Of a stretch of DNA of 64,000 bases, positions 19,193 through 28,839 are shown piece after piece (within the stretch, counting starts at the first letter, position 1; the number at the start of each line of letters is the position of its first letter). Position numbers and translations under genes: made by a program. Origin of the DNA: an uncultured Methanosarcinales archaeon (GTDB taxonomy: Archaea > Nanobdellota > Nanobdellia > Woesearchaeales > GW2011-AR9); NCBI GenBank assembly GCA_964343575.1, contig CAYFJV010000001.1, positions 410,705 to 474,704 on the forward strand, read 5' to 3'. The notes below the pieces were generated by a model, which worked only from the letters and a program-made list of their open reading frames with translations, did not search any database and had not been told where the DNA came from.

Positions 19193-20131
19193 ATGAACCA
19201 GGTAAATGAAGACAAGTGTAGACTACTTGCTGAACAGCTCCTGAGAACAGTTGATTTCTCCTTACTTTCTAAGATGCAAGGGCCCGCGGTTTCTAATGCA
19301 AACTTGGAGAAACTTTTCTTTTATCTAAGTGCAATTTGCCATAACACTAAGGGGAAATTTAGAGGACAAGTTAATGGGAAAAAAGTCAAAGGATGGAATT
19401 ACCTTCAAGAATGTTTCATCAGAGGACTGAATAAAAATCAGCATTTCTTATCTTTAGAGAACATGAAAACTATAAGCAAGGATGAACTTCTTATTATTCT
19501 AAGCGATGATATGGGAACTCTCCCAAAGGAAGACCTTAGCGAAAGAGCATTGATCTTAAGAACTGTCGCAGAGAGTTTGGAGGTTTTTGGAGACTTCCCT
19601 TTCTCAAAAGAAGAAGCAAGCTTTAGAGAAATGCAAATTTTTCTTAGTAAAATTCCCTACTATCAAGACCCAGTATTCAAAAAAGCAAATCTGCTCATTT
19701 CTTGCCTTTATGATCTTGGCGTTTGGAAGTTAAGTGATCCAGAGCACCTTGAGGCTTGTATAGATTACCATATCATCCGTGGAGCATTTCGTACAGGAAT
19801 TATTGATGTAAGTGAAGAGTTTGCAGGGAGGCTAAGAAGAAAAGAAGAGATCTCCTTAGATGAAGATGTTCGGATAAGAAAAATAGTACTTCAAGCCATA
19901 AATCTTGTTGCAGAGCACAGTGGTAAGAGATCAATAGAAGTGGGAAATTACTTCTGGTTTCATTTTCGTAAGAATTGTCGTTCTGATAAGCCAGTCAACT
20001 GCGATAACTGTAAGAACATCGCTCAGATAGAAAAGAGGGGTGCTTGCAATCTTAAAGGGGTCTGTGCGGGCTACAATAATCCTGTGATTAATTCAATACC
20101 AGAGACTACAGTTAATACAGATTATTACTGA
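19193..20131 (+). CDS. Glycosylase-like protein (queuosine salvage Qng1/DUF2419-like) with Cys-rich tail
   Basis: ERALILR, DPVFKKANLL, IDYHIIR..RTG; five C-terminal Cys. Confidence 0.45.
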   Translation: MNQVNEDKCRLLAEQLLRTVDFSLLSKMQGPAVSNANLEKLFFYLSAICHNTKGKFRGQVNGKKVKGWNYLQECFIRGLNKNQHFLSLENMKTISKDELLIILSDDMGTLPKEDLSERALILRTVAESLEVFGDFPFSKEEASFREMQIFLSKIPYYQDPVFKKANLLISCLYDLGVWKLSDPEHLEACIDYHIIRGAFRTGIIDVSEEFAGRLRRKEEISLDEDVRIRKIVLQAINLVAEHSGKRSIEVGNYFWFHFRKNCRSDKPVNCDNCKNIAQIEKRGACNLKGVCAGYNNPVINSIPETTVNTDYY

Positions 20132-20202
20132 AGCTTCTTGCCTTGGTATTGTTCTCCTTTTGTATAATAAGCTTTAAAAAGCAGACTGGCTGCTAAGTCT
20201 CC

Positions 20203-20958
20203 ATGGGTGGCGTAGAAGCTAAAGAGAGTAAAAAAGCTGGAAGCAAAGGAGTTGGGGTTTCTAAGTCTTCTCGCTTTAGAAAAATAAGCAAAGACAAGTA
20301 TGTCACTGCAGGAGTGATTGCATTTCTTATTTTTGCCTTAGGAATGACCCTGGGACTCATACTTGAAGAACAGCGTTATAATTGGGCCGAAGAGCTTTCT
20401 CAACAACAAGAAGTAAATTACCAGAGCTTACAGCTCCAGTATCTTTTCTTGACTGCTTTTGAAGATGAAGGTACTTGTAGCGTCTTACTCAACAGTTTGC
20501 AAGATGCAGTACGTGAACTTTCTTCTTCATTGTCTCAGGTAGTGGAGTATGAAAAAGAAACATCGCTTAGTGATGAGGATTTTGAACTGATTTCTCGTCT
20601 TTACGTCTTAGATAACATTCGTTACTGGTTTTTGGCAAGTCAAGCACAAGAAAGTTGCGATCTTGATATCCTTCCTATCCTTTACTTTTACGCAGAAGAC
20701 TGTCCTTCTTGTCCTAACCAAGGAACCGTGCTTACTTATTTTAAGAAGATACTAGATGATCAGTTCTTAGTTTTCCCAATTGATCTTGATCTTCGAGAGG
20801 AAGAGCCCATGGTGGGCATCATTATGGATCTTTACAACGTTGATAAATACCCTACCTTGGTTATTGAAGGAGAAATTTATGAAGGTGTTGTCAAGAAAGA
20901 AGAAATGCAAGAAATCATCTGTGCGAATCTTGAAGGTGCTGAAGGTTGTGAAGTTTAG
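20203..20958 (+). CDS. Membrane-anchored thioredoxin-fold protein
   Basis: TM helix, YFYAEDCPSC, YPTLVI cis-Pro motif. Confidence 0.75.
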   Translation: MGGVEAKESKKAGSKGVGVSKSSRFRKISKDKYVTAGVIAFLIFALGMTLGLILEEQRYNWAEELSQQQEVNYQSLQLQYLFLTAFEDEGTCSVLLNSLQDAVRELSSSLSQVVEYEKETSLSDEDFELISRLYVLDNIRYWFLASQAQESCDLDILPILYFYAEDCPSCPNQGTVLTYFKKILDDQFLVFPIDLDLREEEPMVGIIMDLYNVDKYPTLVIEGEIYEGVVKKEEMQEIICANLEGAEGCEV

Positions 20959-20993
20959 GCTCTTTTACGAGAGTTATTTTGCTTTGTGCTACA

Positions 20994-22586
20994 ATGAAAG
21001 AAAAGAAAGAGAGAGAAGGTGTGAGTACTTGGTTTTTGCTTTGGTGCAGAAGGGAGAAAGTGCTTGTTTTTATTTTGGCGCTTGCTCTTTTGCTTCGTCT
21101 TTTCCAACTTTCTCGCAGTCCCGAGTTGTGGTGGGATTCTTATGTTTACATTGCTATGAGTAAGTATTTATTCTCCGGAGGAGTTGCTGGTTTTTGGGAA
21201 GTGTTTCGAGCAGTGCTTTGGCCCTTATTTTTAGGAATTTTTTGGTGGCTTGGGCTTCCGATTTTGCCGGTCGCTCAGTTCTTTGACCTACTTTTCTCTC
21301 TTGCATCGGTGTTTTTAGTATACCTTATTGGTTTGAGATTAGGAGATAAGAGAAGTGCTTTGCTTGCAGCCTTTATCTTTGGAACAGTCCCTCTTTTCAT
21401 CCAGTATGTGGGGCTTGCACTTACTGAGGCTTTTGCCATGTTCTTGGGCTTACTTGGAGTTTATCTCTTTGTTCTTGGTTTAGAAAAAGAAGAAAAGAAG
21501 AGTAGGGACTGGAGTTCAAGGAGAAGATATTTTGCGCTAAGTGGGGTGTTTTTTGGGCTTGCCTTTCTTGCTAAATTTCCCCAGGGCTTGCTTTTAGCTG
21601 CGGCGTTAAGTGTTTTGGCACTTAGGGACTTTGGTCCTTCCTGGAGAACATGGAAACACTGGAAAGAGAAGGTGTTTGCTTGTTTTGAGGTAGGAATCCC
21701 TTTTGTCTTTGTTACCGCTCCTTTTTTCATTTTGAGTTATCATTTTTATGGGCACCCTTTAGAAGCCTTGCGCACTGGTTCTTGGATTGTTGGGACGGGA
21801 CTTTGGCTCTATGAGACCAGTTGGCTGTTTTATATGAAGGATTTCTTCTTACGTTACTTTGTCTTTCTCTTCTTTTATCCCGCATTGTTTTACTTTTTTT
21901 GGAATGGAGGGTGGAAAGTGAGAACTGCAAAAAAGCAAGGGAGGTTTTTCTTGTTTTTCATGGTTTTAATTAGCCTTGCTTACTTCAGTTTTGCAGTTGC
22001 CAGAAAAGAATATCGTTACATGACTTTTTTGTTACCCTTTCTCTCCCTGATTTGTGCACAGTATATCCTTGTACTTTACCAACATTTTTCCGCTCAAAAA
22101 AAACCACTGCTCAGGGCATTTTCTTTCTTAGCAGTAGTTCTTGCTGCAATACTTTTTTCCCAAGTACAGATTTATGATAGTATTCTTTCTGAAGAAGGAG
22201 CTGGTTTTGGACATGGTGAAAATTTTGCCTACTTTGTAGAGTATATTCAAGGTTTTGAAGATGATCTTCCTCTTATTGCTTCAAACCCCTCTATAGTAGT
22301 CTTTGTAGACAATCCCCTTTACCCCACCGGAGATATCTCTCTTGCTCCAGGAGTTTATGAATGGAAAAAAGAGGATTATGAGTTTATCTTTTTAGACAGT
22401 TGCGACTTTAGCTGCCCAGAAGGAGATCTAAGCTGCCTCTCAGAGATTGAAGCCTTTTTCTCGCTTGTTGCTGAGGAGAACACCCTAGTCCAACGAGAAA
22501 GGGTTGTAAAACAAACTTTTGAGAAAGGAGAATTTGTTAAAGGAGCAGAGCAGAGCTGTACTCTTTCTCTTTTCCAGAAGATTTAA
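20994..22586 (+). CDS. ArnT/PMT-family (GT-C) glycosyltransferase
   Basis: WWDSYVY, LTE, GLAFLAKF, KEYRY; many TM helices. Confidence 0.8.
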   Translation: MKEKKEREGVSTWFLLWCRREKVLVFILALALLLRLFQLSRSPELWWDSYVYIAMSKYLFSGGVAGFWEVFRAVLWPLFLGIFWWLGLPILPVAQFFDLLFSLASVFLVYLIGLRLGDKRSALLAAFIFGTVPLFIQYVGLALTEAFAMFLGLLGVYLFVLGLEKEEKKSRDWSSRRRYFALSGVFFGLAFLAKFPQGLLLAAALSVLALRDFGPSWRTWKHWKEKVFACFEVGIPFVFVTAPFFILSYHFYGHPLEALRTGSWIVGTGLWLYETSWLFYMKDFFLRYFVFLFFYPALFYFFWNGGWKVRTAKKQGRFFLFFMVLISLAYFSFAVARKEYRYMTFLLPFLSLICAQYILVLYQHFSAQKKPLLRAFSFLAVVLAAILFSQVQIYDSILSEEGAGFGHGENFAYFVEYIQGFEDDLPLIASNPSIVVFVDNPLYPTGDISLAPGVYEWKKEDYEFIFLDSCDFSCPEGDLSCLSEIEAFFSLVAEENTLVQRERVVKQTFEKGEFVKGAEQSCTLSLFQKI

Positions 22587-22611
22587 GAGTTTGAGAAGTT
22601 TTCTTTTCCCC

Positions 22612-23109
22612 ATGGCAATCTTTGGGTGGCTTTCTGAGCTCTTTCATTATTATAAGGAAGATTTTTTTCGAGACATCACTACCCTGGGAGGTTTCATCTT
22701 CTACATTCTTTTGAGCCTGCTAGTGCTGAGCTTTCAAGAGTGGCTTCTTTTTAGTCAGCTCGTTTTTGGCCTTCTTTTTACCGGAGCCGTAGTGGTACTT
22801 GTTAGGAGCTTTTATTTCAAAGACCGGCCAAAGAAACAAAAATACAATAGTTACATCGAGCGCCTAGATGCTTCTTCTTTTCCAAGTTGGCATAGTGCGC
22901 GAATCTTTGTTCTTGCTTTCATCCTAAGTGCTTTTTTTGCATGGGAATTTTTTGTTGCTCTTGCTTTTTTCTTTGTAGCTCTTCTTACCGCCTACTCTCG
23001 AATCTACCTTGGAAAACATGATTTTTTTGATATAAGTGCTGGCTTCTTGCTTGCGGCCTTAACTTTTTACCTTAGTAGCTTCCTAACTCTCCTTTTTGTG
23101 TTTGCATAG
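22612..23109 (+). CDS. PAP2 family phosphatase
   Basis: RP, SFPSWH, SRIYLGKH...D motifs. Confidence 0.88.
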   Translation: MAIFGWLSELFHYYKEDFFRDITTLGGFIFYILLSLLVLSFQEWLLFSQLVFGLLFTGAVVVLVRSFYFKDRPKKQKYNSYIERLDASSFPSWHSARIFVLAFILSAFFAWEFFVALAFFFVALLTAYSRIYLGKHDFFDISAGFLLAALTFYLSSFLTLLFVFA

Positions 23110-23143
23110 AGAAGAGATAAAATTATTTGAGTTGGATATAGAA

Positions 23144-23647
23144 CTACTTCTTTCGGTTACGTACTTTGATAAAATCGCCCAAAGTAAAACCGTCAGCCGC
23201 CTTCCTTGCCTTTACACTTTTAGAGGAGGAGGTTTTTGTTTCTTCGTTTGAAACATCAGCACCATCATCCTTTTTTTCTATCAAAGAAATTCCTAAAAGA
23301 CGTTCTAATTTTTTAGCAACAGAGAGCCAAGGTTTCATCTGCCCAGACTCCCACTTTTGCACAGTACTTAGCCTCTCATTAAGTGACTTAGCGAAATCTT
23401 CCTGACTCATTCCTTGCTTGTTTCGCGCAGCTTGCAAACGTTTTGCGTAGTCACTAACAATAGATCTTGTATCTTCTTGATCTCTTCTTTGGGATCGAAA
23501 TCCCCTCTTTTTATTGAAATTGTTAAAGGAGCGATTATCAAGCACTTGGCCACCTGCACCACAGGATTTACAGAGCTGAAGCACTGCACCTTCAATTTTG
23601 GTTTTGAGAAGAAAAGAGTCTTTCCCACAGATTTCACATAAAGACAT
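23144..23647 (-). CDS. mbf1: Archaeal multiprotein bridging factor aMBF1
   Basis: CEICG..IEGA..LCKSC zinc ribbon, Cro-type HTH, TLGD motif. Confidence 0.93.
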   Translation of the reverse strand: MSLCEICGKDSFLLKTKIEGAVLQLCKSCGAGGQVLDNRSFNNFNKKRGFRSQRRDQEDTRSIVSDYAKRLQAARNKQGMSQEDFAKSLNERLSTVQKWESGQMKPWLSVAKKLERLLGISLIEKKDDGADVSNEETKTSSSKSVKARKAADGFTLGDFIKVRNRKK

Positions 23648-23748
23648 AAGTCTTCAAGGAGAAAGGGCCATTATAAAGTTTTCCATTCAAAAACAGGAGA
23701 GAGTGAGAACAGTAAGCATATAAAGGCTAAAGAAATCTTTTTCCTCTT

Positions 23749-24384
23749 ATGTCTATGAAAGTTATCCTTCTAGGACCTCCTGGAGCAGGAAAAGGAACTG
23801 TTGCAAAGCGACTTGTCAAACGCTTTAGATTGTATCATCTGTATATAGGAAGGATCCTACGTGATGAGGTTGCCAAGGGCACTATTATTGGAAAAGATAT
23901 CAAGAAGTACATTGAGAGAGGTGATCTGGTTCCAAGTGAGTTCTCTGTGCAAGTGGCAAGGCTTGATTTGGGTCGCAAGCAACGTTACATTCTAGATGGC
24001 TTTCCTCGAGATATTGAGCAAGCTAAGGCCATTAAGGATTTTGCTGTTGATCTGGTAGTGTATTTGGATGTAAGTGAGGAGCAAGTTGTTGAACGTCTTT
24101 CAGGAAGAAGGGTTTGTCCTAAAGATGGAAGATCATATCACATAGTGTATTCTCCGCCAAAGAAGAAAGGTGTTTGTGATTGTGACGGAAAGACAAAATT
24201 AATTCGGCGCAAAGATGATAAGCCCGCATCTGTTCGTGAGCGCTTTAGAGTGTATGAAGAAGAGACCAAGCCACTCATTCGTTATTACAAACGTCGAGGA
24301 ATTCTTAGAAAAGTTGATGCCAGTTTAAGTATTGCAGAAGTACAAAAACAAGCAGTGGATGTTGTTCGCGAGTGGTTTAGCTAA
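23749..24384 (+). CDS. adk: Adenylate kinase (bacterial-type, LID domain)
   Basis: GPPGAGKGT, GDLVP, LDGFPR, GRRVC, RKDD. Confidence 0.93.
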   Translation: MSMKVILLGPPGAGKGTVAKRLVKRFRLYHLYIGRILRDEVAKGTIIGKDIKKYIERGDLVPSEFSVQVARLDLGRKQRYILDGFPRDIEQAKAIKDFAVDLVVYLDVSEEQVVERLSGRRVCPKDGRSYHIVYSPPKKKGVCDCDGKTKLIRRKDDKPASVRERFRVYEEETKPLIRYYKRRGILRKVDASLSIAEVQKQAVDVVREWFS

Positions 24385-25474
24385 GGAGTAGGCACTGTGC
24401 AACTACTTGGGTTGCGTAGGCTCCCTTTGGAAGTGTGAAAGTTATTGTTATTTTCTCTTTGTTGGGGCTTAATTCATCTGCTTGCAGCTTTGTTGCTTGG
24501 AAGTTTTTTACTTCTGCTAAAAGGGGTCTTGTTGTTCCTTCCAAACTCAGATAGGGAAGTTGTTTGATAACAAAATCATCTTCATCTATGTCTTCTTTTT
24601 TTAGAAGTTCTTCTGTTATACTTTCAATTTGTTTTGGAAGTCTGTTTAGGTTAGTGAATCCAAGTAAAGGGATTGTTACGTTGACGTAAGAACTTTTTGC
24701 TTTTTCTGTTAAGTAGGTGAATGTTCCAAGAGAGTACTTTTGTTCTCTTTGCACTTCTTTTTTTGTTTCTTCTTTGAGTAGCTGTGCTACTGTCTCATTC
24801 CAGAGATAACTCTGATACGCGTGCGTGTAAAGCAGTGCAATTCTTCTTGGAAGCTTTTGTAGGGCGCCTACTGCATCGCTTGGATTATTTTTTAGGGACT
24901 CTTGTACCTGCTTGTGAGTCACGAGCTTTGCTGCTTCTTTGAACTCTTTCTTAAGGATAAATTTTCCTACTTTTGCGTTGTTTTTTGAGAAGCGTTGCTC
25001 GTCAAAGTAATTGATACTGTATTTGAGTGTTTGGATTTTATAGTTGTTTGGAGTGAGGTTTCTGACGGTGATTTGGAAATGGTTTGCTTCTAGATCCCCC
25101 AGGTTGGTTGGATTCTTTGCGTAGCCCAGGGGTTTGATGGAGATTGCTGTTCCTTGCTCTTTGAATTCTTTTGAGATCTTTTGGAGTTGTTCTTTGGTAA
25201 CTTTACGTTTTGCCTTAGTTGTGTGTACTGAGCAGATCTGTGTAGTTATAGCATGCTTGTCTTTTGCTCCAGCAAAGCCAAAGTGTTTGACTGAGAGATT
25301 TAGTCTCTTTGCAATGATCTCGAGCGCTTGAATAGTATTGTAATTTTCTTTTTTAAGTGTAAAGTAGAGGTGATTGTGTTCTTTCTCTGGCTCTTGTTTG
25401 AGCTCTTTTGTGAGGGACGTGAGGGAGATCTCTTTGACTATGAAGTCTGCAGGGATTTGTTTAAGCTTGTACAT
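24377..25474 (-). CDS. truD: tRNA pseudouridine(13) synthase
   Basis: DFIVKE, AGAKDKHAITTQ, NYFDEQRF, AYQSYLWN, LPKGAYAT. Confidence 0.93.
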   Translation of the reverse strand: MYKLKQIPADFIVKEISLTSLTKELKQEPEKEHNHLYFTLKKENYNTIQALEIIAKRLNLSVKHFGFAGAKDKHAITTQICSVHTTKAKRKVTKEQLQKISKEFKEQGTAISIKPLGYAKNPTNLGDLEANHFQITVRNLTPNNYKIQTLKYSINYFDEQRFSKNNAKVGKFILKKEFKEAAKLVTHKQVQESLKNNPSDAVGALQKLPRRIALLYTHAYQSYLWNETVAQLLKEETKKEVQREQKYSLGTFTYLTEKAKSSYVNVTIPLLGFTNLNRLPKQIESITEELLKKEDIDEDDFVIKQLPYLSLEGTTRPLLAEVKNFQATKLQADELSPNKEKITITFTLPKGAYATQVVAQCLLLS

Positions 25475-25558
25475 AACTCTTGAGAAATAGGAGTACAATA
25501 AAAAAGTATAGAAAAAATGAAGGGAGTAAAGAGAAAAGAAGAGAAAAAACTATGACTT

Positions 25559-26866
25559 CTATGGCTTATACCTTTCCATGGTTCTTGGAAATGGAATTGC
25601 ATCTTTAATCGTCTCTAAGCCACAAATCCAACGAATCACTCGCTCTACACCCATACCAAAGCCACCATGTGGTACACTTCCATAACGTCTGGTATCAAGA
25701 TAAAACTCATACTCACTTGGATCTTCTCCGTCCGCTCGCAGGCGTTCTTTTACCTTTTCAATATCGTGCTCACGGTGAGATCCACCAATGATCTCGCCGT
25801 AACCTTCAGAAGCTAAAAAGTCGCAACCGAGCACCACTTTTGGATTCTTTGGATCTTCAGTCATATAGAAAGCTTTCACTGCTTTTGGATAATGAGTACA
25901 AATGATTGGGACATCATAGAGTTTGGTGAGCTTTTCTTCCTCAATAGTTCGCAGATCTTTTCCCCAAGGAACATCCATGTCGCACTTCTCTTTGAGAATC
26001 TTAAGTGCTTCTGTGTAGGTCATCCTTATGAAAGGTTTTTCTACAACAGGAGTAAGCTTGCTCGTGTCTCTATTAAGAAGTTTAAGCTCTTCTTGATGTT
26101 TGTCAAGCACTGCTTTTACAATGTGTTTAAGCAATGCTTCGCCGTGCGCAATGACTTGCTCAAAGCTTGCCCAAGCCATTTCCATCTCTGCATGCCAATA
26201 CTCAGTTAGATGTCTACTGGTTTTACTCTTCTCTGCACGAAAGCTTGGAGCAATGGTGTAAATGTTCTCAAGACCAAAGATTGCTGGCTCTGCATAGAGT
26301 TGCCAAGTTTGCGCTAAGAAAACATCTTTCTTATCAAAATATTTTACTTCAAAAAGATCACTTCCCCCTTCACACTGCACTGCTTGAAAAATTGGCGAAT
26401 GGTACTCATAAAATCCTTGTCCTTTGAAGTATTCATCAATTGCAGCAAAAACGGTTGATCTGATCTTCAGAATAGAGGTCATCTTTCTACTTCGCAGCCA
26501 CAGATGTCTGTTGTTTGCCAAAGATTCTTTCGATTGGTCTTTTGTGATTGGATAGTTCTCACTTTTGTGTACGATGTTAAAATTTTCTACCTGAATTTCA
26601 AAGCCAGTTGGTGCCCTTTCATCTGCTTTGATACTCCCTTCCAATTCAACAGAACTTTCAACCTGTAATTTGTCGATATCATCCCATTGAGACTCGAAGT
26701 TGTCTCTTTTCAAAACACACTGGATGATATTAGTTGAATCTCGAAGAACGATAAATTTGAGTTTATTGCTGCCACGTTCACGGTGTACCCAACCGCGGAC
26801 TGCAACTTTGCCACTTCCTTGCTGCATTGCCTTTGCAATGCTTTGGTATTGTGCTTGTTTTTCCAT
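25559..26866 (-). CDS. asnS: Asparagine--tRNA ligase
   Basis: OB fold VRGWV; motif 2 FRAEKSKTSRHLTEYW; YGSVPHGGFGMGVER; IPFPR. Confidence 0.92.
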   Translation of the reverse strand: MEKQAQYQSIAKAMQQGSGKVAVRGWVHRERGSNKLKFIVLRDSTNIIQCVLKRDNFESQWDDIDKLQVESSVELEGSIKADERAPTGFEIQVENFNIVHKSENYPITKDQSKESLANNRHLWLRSRKMTSILKIRSTVFAAIDEYFKGQGFYEYHSPIFQAVQCEGGSDLFEVKYFDKKDVFLAQTWQLYAEPAIFGLENIYTIAPSFRAEKSKTSRHLTEYWHAEMEMAWASFEQVIAHGEALLKHIVKAVLDKHQEELKLLNRDTSKLTPVVEKPFIRMTYTEALKILKEKCDMDVPWGKDLRTIEEEKLTKLYDVPIICTHYPKAVKAFYMTEDPKNPKVVLGCDFLASEGYGEIIGGSHREHDIEKVKERLRADGEDPSEYEFYLDTRRYGSVPHGGFGMGVERVIRWICGLETIKDAIPFPRTMERYKP

Positions 26867-26998
26867 GCTGAAGGAGAGGTTCTTGGGCTTATAAAAAGTT
26901 TTGCGTAGCTTGGCGTGCTTGTTGGCTTTTTAGTGTGAGAATAGTGAGGAAATGAATGGTAGGGAAATATAAAGGAAAAAGAAAATGTTTAGCTTTGT

Positions 26999-28138
26999 TT
27001 AATCATATCTTTGTAGAAGATCGTGACGAGCTTCTGCTTGCATAAGTACTGGGACTAAGGCTGAGAAGTTGTTAGTTAAAATGTCAACTGCTCCACCAAC
27101 ACCAGGAATAAAGGTTGTTCCCTCCAGAGCAACCCTACCAACCCCTCCAAAGCTCCTTAAACCATGGTCTAAAAGATGGGTCTGACGGGCGAGATAAGCC
27201 GCTGGACCAGACTTGATTGCTGCTGCCCCATATTGACCAACAATTGGAATTGCTCCACCTGCTTTTCCAGCCATATCCCCAACACCAGCAAGTACAGTAT
27301 AGACTTCGTGTTTTCTTCTTGCTCTCTCTAGAGCAGAAATGATTCTGTGATCACTAATACCTAATGCCACAACTTGTTTATCTCCTTTGAGTGCCGCAAG
27401 ACCACCATCTGGTTTATAATCGGTAAAAATTGGGAAGAGGTAATCTCTTGTCCAACGAGCACCACGAGCAACCGCATTTCCCCTCTTTGGAATTACAGGC
27501 CAAGCTACAAGCTCCCCGCTACGATAACGAGAACCCTGGTCAGAATTTCTTTCGAAAAGAGTAGTAATCGCATCATCAAGAGTCACCCTCTCTGCAAGAG
27601 CAACATACTGATTTCTTCCTGCTTCCCAAATGTCAAGAAGGTAAGGAATAACTAAAGTTCCAAGTTCTTTTTCAGCAAGATCCCAAATGTAATGAGCAGT
27701 CTTTGGATCTTTTCTTAATTCATTGTAGAAACTTAATTTTCCCCCTGCAAGTGCTTCAATCACAAGCTCAGAAACAACAGAAGCAGTGATGGGAATAACG
27801 CCAAGAGATTGTGCTCCAAAAAGCCAACTCCCAAACTCCACTGGAGGTGCTACAAAACGGTCGGTAAAGTCACCATGTCTTGCATACCTCAAAAGCTCTT
27901 TATGCCTTTCTCCAGCTTCTCCTAAAGATTGAAGTGCATCTCCTTTTGAAATTTCAAGAGGATCATATCTAGAAGTCCTACATCGTTCTACAACATCATC
28001 TACATGATCTGCAGGACTAAAACGGTGAGCTAGAGGTACAGCTGTTCCAAGAAGCCATCTGCCCACACTTGTTTCATTCTCTCGTACAACCAACTCAAGA
28101 CCTTTTTCCGTCATAGAAATGCTTGGATTTTGAACCAT
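26999..28138 (-). CDS. Hypothetical protein (Lys-poor, Gly-rich C-terminus)
   Basis: 379-aa ORF with no recognised motif. Confidence 0.65.
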   Translation of the reverse strand: MVQNPSISMTEKGLELVVRENETSVGRWLLGTAVPLAHRFSPADHVDDVVERCRTSRYDPLEISKGDALQSLGEAGERHKELLRYARHGDFTDRFVAPPVEFGSWLFGAQSLGVIPITASVVSELVIEALAGGKLSFYNELRKDPKTAHYIWDLAEKELGTLVIPYLLDIWEAGRNQYVALAERVTLDDAITTLFERNSDQGSRYRSGELVAWPVIPKRGNAVARGARWTRDYLFPIFTDYKPDGGLAALKGDKQVVALGISDHRIISALERARRKHEVYTVLAGVGDMAGKAGGAIPIVGQYGAAAIKSGPAAYLARQTHLLDHGLRSFGGVGRVALEGTTFIPGVGGAVDILTNNFSALVPVLMQAEARHDLLQRYD

Positions 28139-28235
28139 TTATAAAGCTTTCTTTTGTTACCACTAATTAGTTGTGTTTTTATGAGAAAAATGTCTACAAA
28201 AGCTTAAAAAAGCCGACAATTTTGGAAGTTTTCGT

Positions 28236-28354
28236 GGACCCGTGGCCCAGTCTGGATACCTCCTTTTGTGAGGCCAGTAAAGGCGATTCCCTCCTAAGGA
28301 ATAGATCGGGGGTTCGAATGAACTAAAAGGTTCTCGAAAGTCCTCCCGGGTCCG
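28236..28354 (+). tRNA. tRNA-Arg(CCT) with D-loop (28258-28279) and T-loop 59/60 (28319-28340) introns
   Basis: Acceptor GGACCCG/CGGGTCC; ATTCC-CT-CCT-AA-GGAAT; BHB helices CTGG/CCAG and TTCG/CGAA with 3-nt bulges. Confidence 0.92.
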
Positions 28355-28481
28355 CTTTACAGTCAAGCCTCAAGATCCTATGAAGAACCCTATGAGTAGT
28401 CTCTTATGAGATAATCGAAGTAGGCTGAGGATGAGTATGCTTGCAAAACTAATTTAGTTAGAATTCATGGGTGCCTAAAAG

Positions 28482-28805
28482 ATGAAACCTTTACCAAGTA
28501 TTACTGTAGATGGGCTTTATGAGAAGCTTCAAGCTGGCGAAGAGATTACTGTTCTTGATGTGCGTTTTACCGCCGAGCTAGAGTATGGGAAAATCAAATA
28601 TGCTATGGTTATTCCTTTTCCTGAACTTCCTGAAAAGTTGCACATCCTTGATAAAGAGAGTGAGCTTGTTGTCTATTGTCGCACAGATAACCGAAGTCAG
28701 AGAGCAGTGCAGTATTTGTTGAGTCAAGGCTTTGTCAAAGTGCGCTATCTAGTTGGCGGGATTCTTGCGTGGAAGAAGTATGATGAGGGTGTGCAAGAGT
28801 ACTGA
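28482..28805 (+). CDS. Rhodanese domain protein
   Basis: LDVR, VVYCRTDNRS, LVGGILAW. Confidence 0.92.
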   Translation: MKPLPSITVDGLYEKLQAGEEITVLDVRFTAELEYGKIKYAMVIPFPELPEKLHILDKESELVVYCRTDNRSQRAVQYLLSQGFVKVRYLVGGILAWKKYDEGVQEY

Positions 28806-28839
28806 ACTTTTATAAAGTAGCCAAAGCTTTGGTTTTCTT

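Noticed and set aside
28374..28412. Three short (C/T)TATGA repeats after tRNA-Arg(CCT)
   Set aside because: Too short and irregular; not a duplication of the tRNA 3' end.
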